Origin: Candidatus Aldehydirespirator sp.
GTDB lineage: Bacteria > Actinomycetota > Acidimicrobiia > Acidimicrobiales > Aldehydirespiratoraceae
NCBI GenBank assembly: GCA_965248735.1
Contig: OZ252146.1
Coordinates: 3,505,605 to 3,569,604 of the forward strand
Direction of reading: 5' to 3'
Length of the DNA stretch: 64,000 nt
Shown: one piece after another, positions 59,729 through 64,000 of the stretch
Layout of the letters: the number at the start of each line of letters is the position of its first letter
How positions within the stretch are numbered: the stretch's first letter is position 1
Position numbers and translations under genes: made by a program
The notes under the pieces: generated by a model
The model's database searches: none
Seen by the model: the letters and a program-made list of their open reading frames with translations, nothing else
Told to the model about the DNA's origin: nothing

Positions 59729-60970
59729 TTACGGGCTAGTGGAGCGGCTCTTGCGCCGGATCCCCGCCACCACCGCCTCCGAGTTGTTGGCGTCGTCCCC
59801 GAGCTCGTCGAGGTTGCGACGCCGATCCTCCTCAGCCGCCCGCCGAGCCGAGGCGCGGGTCTTCTTGGCCCGCTCCAGTGCGGCCTCGGAGCCGTGCTCG
59901 CAGATGAACTCGGCCCATTCCAGAAGCGCGTCCACCATCTCGTCCTCAGCGACGACCGCCACGTTCTCGCCCTTCACAAAGAGGTGTCCCCGTCGATTTC
60001 CCGCCGCGATGCCGAGGTCGGCGTCGCGGGCCTCGCCCGGACCGTTCACGACGCAGCCCATCACGGCCACCTGCAGCGGAATCTCACGCTCGCCGAAGGC
60101 TTCCATCGCCCGCTGGGCGATGCCAAAAACGTCCACCTCGGCCCGCCCACAGCTGGGGCAGGCAATCAGGTCGACGTTGCGGCGCTCGCGCAGTCCCATC
60201 GCCTCCAGCAGCTTCCGGCCGGCCCGGGCCTCCTCAACCGGGTCGGTGGTCAGCGAATAGCGGATCGTGTCGCCGATTCCCTCAGCCAGCAGCGCGGCGA
60301 TCCCAGCCGTCGACTTGATGGTCCCGGCGGGCGGGGGCCCGGCCTCGGTCACGCCGAGATGCAGCGGATGGTCTGTCGCGTCGGCGAGATGGCGGTAGGC
60401 CTCGATCATGAGCGGAACGCTCGACGCCTTAACCGAGATCTTCACCAGGTCGAATCCGACGTCGTCGAAGTAGGCGAGCTCCCGCATCGCGGAGGCCACC
60501 ATCGCCTCGGGTGTAACTCCCAGCTCCGGGTGGTAGAGGTCGGGATCGAGCGACCCTCCGTTGACTCCGATGCGGATGGGCACGCCCCGGTCCCGGCACT
60601 CACGCGCCACCGCCTTGATGTGCTCGGGCCTGCGGATGTTGCCCGGATTGAGCCGCAGGCATTGCACCCCGGCCTCCAACGCGGCCAGCGCCATGCGGTA
60701 GTTGTTGTGGATGTCGGCGACGATGGGCACCGGCGAGCGGGGCACGATCCGGGCCAGCCCCTCGGCGGCCTCGCGCCGGTTGCAGGTGCAGCGCACAATG
60801 TCGGCGCCCGCGGCCGCCAGCGCGTAGATCTGCTGCAGAGTGGCCTCGTAGTCGGCCGTCTTGGTGACCGTCATCGACTGCACGGACACCGGCGCGCCCC
60901 CGCCCACCGGCACCGCCCCGACCATGATCTGCCGTGTGGCTCGCCGCGGGAACCTCGCGGTCACCTTCAC
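59729..60970 (-). CDS. ispG: 4-hydroxy-3-methylbut-2-en-1-yl diphosphate synthase
   Basis: RRATRQIMVGAVPVGGGAPVSVQSMT start, and the CPSCGR and C-terminal Cys/Glu Fe-S ligand regions. It has a charged C-terminal tail of about 45 aa. Confidence 0.93.
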   Translation of the reverse strand: MKVTARFPRRATRQIMVGAVPVGGGAPVSVQSMTVTKTADYEATLQQIYALAAAGADIVRCTCNRREAAEGLARIVPRSPVPIVADIHNNYRMALAALEAGVQCLRLNPGNIRRPEHIKAVARECRDRGVPIRIGVNGGSLDPDLYHPELGVTPEAMVASAMRELAYFDDVGFDLVKISVKASSVPLMIEAYRHLADATDHPLHLGVTEAGPPPAGTIKSTAGIAALLAEGIGDTIRYSLTTDPVEEARAGRKLLEAMGLRERRNVDLIACPSCGRAEVDVFGIAQRAMEAFGEREIPLQVAVMGCVVNGPGEARDADLGIAAGNRRGHLFVKGENVAVVAEDEMVDALLEWAEFICEHGSEAALERAKKTRASARRAAEEDRRRNLDELGDDANNSEAVVAGIRRKSRSTSP

Positions 60971-61014
60971 GTCGGCGAGTCTACCCGGACCCGGTCTACC
61001 CGCTCGGCCTCTGG

Positions 61015-62493
61015 TCAGCCGAAGCTGACCGGGTCGAAGATGTCGCGCACCAGCGCCACGCCACCGACCAGCAGCAGCAGCGCCACCACGGCATAGGTGA
61101 GCGGCAGGAGCCGGGACGCGTCCACCCGGTGGGAGCGGCCACCGATGGAGCGGATGCGCTCGTAGGTGGCCACAACCACGTGGCCCCCGTCGAGGGGCAG
61201 CAGCGGCAGCAGGTTGAACACGCCGAGGAAAATGTTGACGTACACCAGCAACAGCAGCACCTGGGACGCCCCGTCGGAGGCCGCCTCCGCGCCGATCCGA
61301 GCCACTCCGTAGATCGAGAGGATCCGGTTCTCGTCCGGATGGGACCGGTCGAGACGCCGGACTTCTAGCTCGCGCACCGTCTCGGCCCGGCTCGCGGCCG
61401 GTTCGTCGCCCCCCAGACCGTCCAGCGTGCCGCCGAATCCGTCCGTCACGATGCTGGGGATGGCGAAGACCACGTCGCGCACGGTTGCGGTCAGCAGGCG
61501 CACCGACTCGCCGGTGGCCTGCACCACACCTAGCGGTGGGTTGCGGTAGTCGGCCGAGACCCCGAAGAAGCCCATGACCCCAGACGAGGGATCGACGAGC
61601 TCGTCGATCATCGCGCCCTGCACCACCACCGGGCGGCCCGTTCGAGTGTCGACAACGGTTATGTCGATCGGCTCGCCCAGCCGGTGGCGCGCGTGCGCGG
61701 CCACCTCGGCATAGGTCGGGGCGCCATCGGATTGGAGCCCCTCGACGGCGAGGATCCGGTCACCCTGGATCAACCCGACGATACCGGCCGCGCCCGCGGC
61801 GGTGAGACGCTCGCCGATCCGCGTCACGGCGGTGTGCGCCACCCCGTCGCGCCAGTAGACCACCTCCACCTCCGCGCCCGGGAGCTGCTGGACCTGGCGA
61901 GAGAAGTCGGCGAAAGTCGTCCGGCCCACACCCGCGACCGAGATCAGCTCGTCGCCGGGCCGCAGGCCCGCGGCGGAGGCCGCGCTGTCGACCGAGACAG
62001 TGGCCAGCGTCCACTCCCCGACCTCGTCCGCCTCGGAGGTGGCACCGACTGACAGGCTCCCGTCGAGAGTGAGCAGCGCGAACAGCAGCGCCAGCGCGAT
62101 GACGAAGTGCATGCCGGATCCCGCCGTCAGCACGAGCAGCTTCCTCGGGTAGCTCTTCTGCCGGAAACTGCGGGGCTCGTCGCGCGGGTCAACCTCCTCA
62201 AGGTTGTTCATCCCCACGATGCGGACGTAAGCGCCCACCCAGACGGCCTTGACTCCGTATTCCGTCTCGCCGCGGCGGAAGGACCAGACGCGGGGGCCGA
62301 ATCCGATGAAGAACTCGCTGACCTTCATGCCCGTCAGGCGGGCGGTGAGATAGTGGCCGAGCTCGTGCATGAACAGCATGGCGACCAGCAACACGATGAT
62401 CACCACCCAGCTCGCTCCGCCGAGCACGCCGATCAGCACCAGCAGGGCGACGAGGCCGACCAACCCGCCGTGATCGCTCAGACGCTTGTGCAT
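61015..62493 (-). CDS. rseP: RIP (site-2) zinc metalloprotease, RseP/Rip1-like
   Basis: HELGHYLTA zinc motif, a PDZ-like middle region, and a C-terminal NLLPLLPLDGGH motif. ATG 62493 overlaps the dxr stop (ATGA). Confidence 0.9.
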   Translation of the reverse strand: MHKRLSDHGGLVGLVALLVLIGVLGGASWVVIIVLLVAMLFMHELGHYLTARLTGMKVSEFFIGFGPRVWSFRRGETEYGVKAVWVGAYVRIVGMNNLEEVDPRDEPRSFRQKSYPRKLLVLTAGSGMHFVIALALLFALLTLDGSLSVGATSEADEVGEWTLATVSVDSAASAAGLRPGDELISVAGVGRTTFADFSRQVQQLPGAEVEVVYWRDGVAHTAVTRIGERLTAAGAAGIVGLIQGDRILAVEGLQSDGAPTYAEVAAHARHRLGEPIDITVVDTRTGRPVVVQGAMIDELVDPSSGVMGFFGVSADYRNPPLGVVQATGESVRLLTATVRDVVFAIPSIVTDGFGGTLDGLGGDEPAASRAETVRELEVRRLDRSHPDENRILSIYGVARIGAEAASDGASQVLLLLVYVNIFLGVFNLLPLLPLDGGHVVVATYERIRSIGGRSHRVDASRLLPLTYAVVALLLLVGGVALVRDIFDPVSFG

Positions 62494-63656
62494 CAGGCCG
62501 CCTCGCGCCGCTTCACCAGGCCGGCAGCGACCCGGCGGGCCTGGTGGTCGGCGACCAGCACCGCGTCGACGTCGGAAGCCCGATCGCCGGGCCACAGCCC
62601 GAGCGCCTCCTCCAGCACGCGGACGATGTCCAACCAGCGGATCCTGCCGTCGAGGAAGGCGTGAACGGCTACCTCGTTGGCAGCGCTGAGCCAGGCCGGC
62701 GCGGTCTCGGAGGCCCGTCCGGCCTCATAGGCCAAGTCGATGCAGCCGAAGGCGCGGCGGTCGGGAGGCTCGAAGTCCAGCCGGCCCATCTCGTCCCAGT
62801 CGATGGCGCCGTAGGCCAGATCGAGGCGATCGGGATAGGCGAGCGCGTAGCCGATGCAGAGCCTCATGTCCGGCTTTGACAGCTGGGCCACGGTGGCCCC
62901 GTCGCTGTACGTGACCATCGAATGGACGATGGACTGCGGGTGAACGACGACCTCGATCTGGTCGTAGCCGATCCCGAAGAGCTCGTGGGCCTCGATGACC
63001 TCGAGGCCCTTGTTCATCAGCGTGCTGGAGTCGATGGTGATCTTCGGGCCCATCTGCCAGGTCGGATGGGCCAGGGCATCGGAGACGGTGACCGCTTCCA
63101 ACTCGGCTCTGGTGCGGCCCCGGAAGGGTCCGCCGCTAGCCGTCAAGACGATGGAGGACACCCGATCCGGATGATCGTTGGCCCGCAGGCACTGGTGAAC
63201 GGCGCAGTGCTCGGAGTCGACCGGAATGATCTCGGCCCCCGGATTGGAGCGGACCCGCTGAACCACCGGTCCGGCCGCGATCAGCGACTCCTTGTTGGCC
63301 AGCCCGAGCCGCTTGCCCGCCTCCAGGGCCGCCAGCGTCACCGGCAGCCCGGCGAACCCGACTACTCCGTTGATGACCGTGTCGGCGGCGGTGGCCGCGG
63401 CCGCCATCGCGTCCTCGCCGGCGAGCAGCTCCACGCCGGCCGGCAACAGCTCGGCCAGAGCGGGGGCGCGGGACGCGTCGGCCAGCGCGACGATCTCAGG
63501 CCGGAAGCGCCGGGCCTGCTCGGCCAGCAGCTCCACGGAGCGGGCTGCTCCCAGCGCGACCACGCGGTAGCGGTCGGGCCGGGCCCGCACGATGTCGAGC
63601 GTCTGGGTTCCAATCGATCCGGTCGAGCCCAGAACGGCGACCGCAGACGAGCTCAA
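62493..63656 (-). CDS. dxr: 1-deoxy-D-xylulose 5-phosphate reductoisomerase
   Basis: LGSTGSIGTQTLDIV NADPH motif and full-length Dxr-like sequence. Confidence 0.95.
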   Translation of the reverse strand: MSSSAVAVLGSTGSIGTQTLDIVRARPDRYRVVALGAARSVELLAEQARRFRPEIVALADASRAPALAELLPAGVELLAGEDAMAAAATAADTVINGVVGFAGLPVTLAALEAGKRLGLANKESLIAAGPVVQRVRSNPGAEIIPVDSEHCAVHQCLRANDHPDRVSSIVLTASGGPFRGRTRAELEAVTVSDALAHPTWQMGPKITIDSSTLMNKGLEVIEAHELFGIGYDQIEVVVHPQSIVHSMVTYSDGATVAQLSKPDMRLCIGYALAYPDRLDLAYGAIDWDEMGRLDFEPPDRRAFGCIDLAYEAGRASETAPAWLSAANEVAVHAFLDGRIRWLDIVRVLEEALGLWPGDRASDVDAVLVADHQARRVAAGLVKRREAA

Positions 63657-63711
63657 GTCAGGTCACGCTGGACGCTGGGGCCGCCAAGGCGAACTCAAGT
63701 CACCCCGGACA

Positions 63712-64000
63712 TCAGACAACGCCGGTCATGAGAGCCACGTAGTAGGTGGCGGGCAGCACGAACAGCAGCGCGTCGAAACGGTCCAGAATCCCGCCGTGGC
63801 CGGGCAGCAGCGAGCCCATGTCCTTGATGTTGAGGTCGCGCTTGAGCATCGACTCGGCCAAGTCCCCGATGGGGGCGGCCACCGCGACCACCACGGCCAG
63901 AAGGATCACCGTCCATGCGCTTCCGGGCTCGGCCGCGATCGGCGCAGGCATTCCCGCCAGCCCCATGATCACGCCGACGCCGACGGTGACAACCATGCCC
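63712..64000 (-). CDS. cdsA: phosphatidate cytidylyltransferase, 3' part only (5' end outside window)
   Basis: C-terminal signature [27 protein letters not shown]. Synteny with dxr. Confidence 0.8.
   Translation of the reverse strand, partial: GMVVTVGVGVIMGLAGMPAPIAAEPGSAWTVILLAVVVAVAAPIGDLAESMLKRDLNIKDMGSLLPGHGGILDRFDALLFVLPATYYVALMTGVV

Noticed and set aside
1-64000. tRNA, rRNA, tmRNA or riboswitch-like elements
   Set aside because: Reading the few non-coding gaps showed no cloverleaf-compatible or rRNA-like sequence. This check was done by eye only and would need tRNAscan or Infernal to be definitive.

Overview
This is a GC-rich chromosome segment. Gene order and protein types look actinobacterial, possibly Acidimicrobiia-like; that placement is inference only.

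Layout, left to right:
1. upp (cut by the window edge) and a D-2-hydroxyacid dehydrogenase.
2. An accessory insert of about 5 kb (1.7-6.8 kb). It carries small membrane proteins, a winged-helix regulator with a 36-bp coding repeat, a DUF222/HNH endonuclease and two tandem paralogous membrane proteins. It ends at a decayed copy of the dehydrogenase 3' end.
3. An 18-kb, 14-gene minus-strand myo-inositol (iol) operon (7.0-24.9 kb). It encodes iolE, a sugar ABC importer, iolC, iolD, iolG, iolB, a class I aldolase, extra oxidoreductases and a MocD/MocE-like desaturase-Rieske fusion. A divergent LacI regulator with perfect palindromic operators sits next to it.
4. A small mixed region: a hypothetical protein, a truncated crotonase, a TetR regulator, an SRPBCC protein and a PfkB kinase.
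5. One 17.9-kb ORF (29896-47799) for a 5,967-aa secreted mosaic surface protein ending in three SLH repeats.
6. A DrrAB-type ABC pair and pepN.
7. The conserved ribF-truB-rbfA-infB-ylxR-nusA-rimP and ispG-rseP-dxr-cdsA core.

I saw no rRNA, tRNA, CRISPR/cas, transposase or integrase.

Two things stand out. The first is the giant SLH-anchored protein and its unusual domain mix. The second is a recurring pattern at co-directional gene junctions. The spacers there are tandem or single duplications of the overlapping stop/start junction itself. They leave chains of relay mini-ORFs that begin on the upstream stop and end on the downstream start.

Many long ORFs in the supplied track are GC-driven antisense or off-frame artefacts, and I did not call them. 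All domain and family calls are motif recognition by eye; no searches were run.
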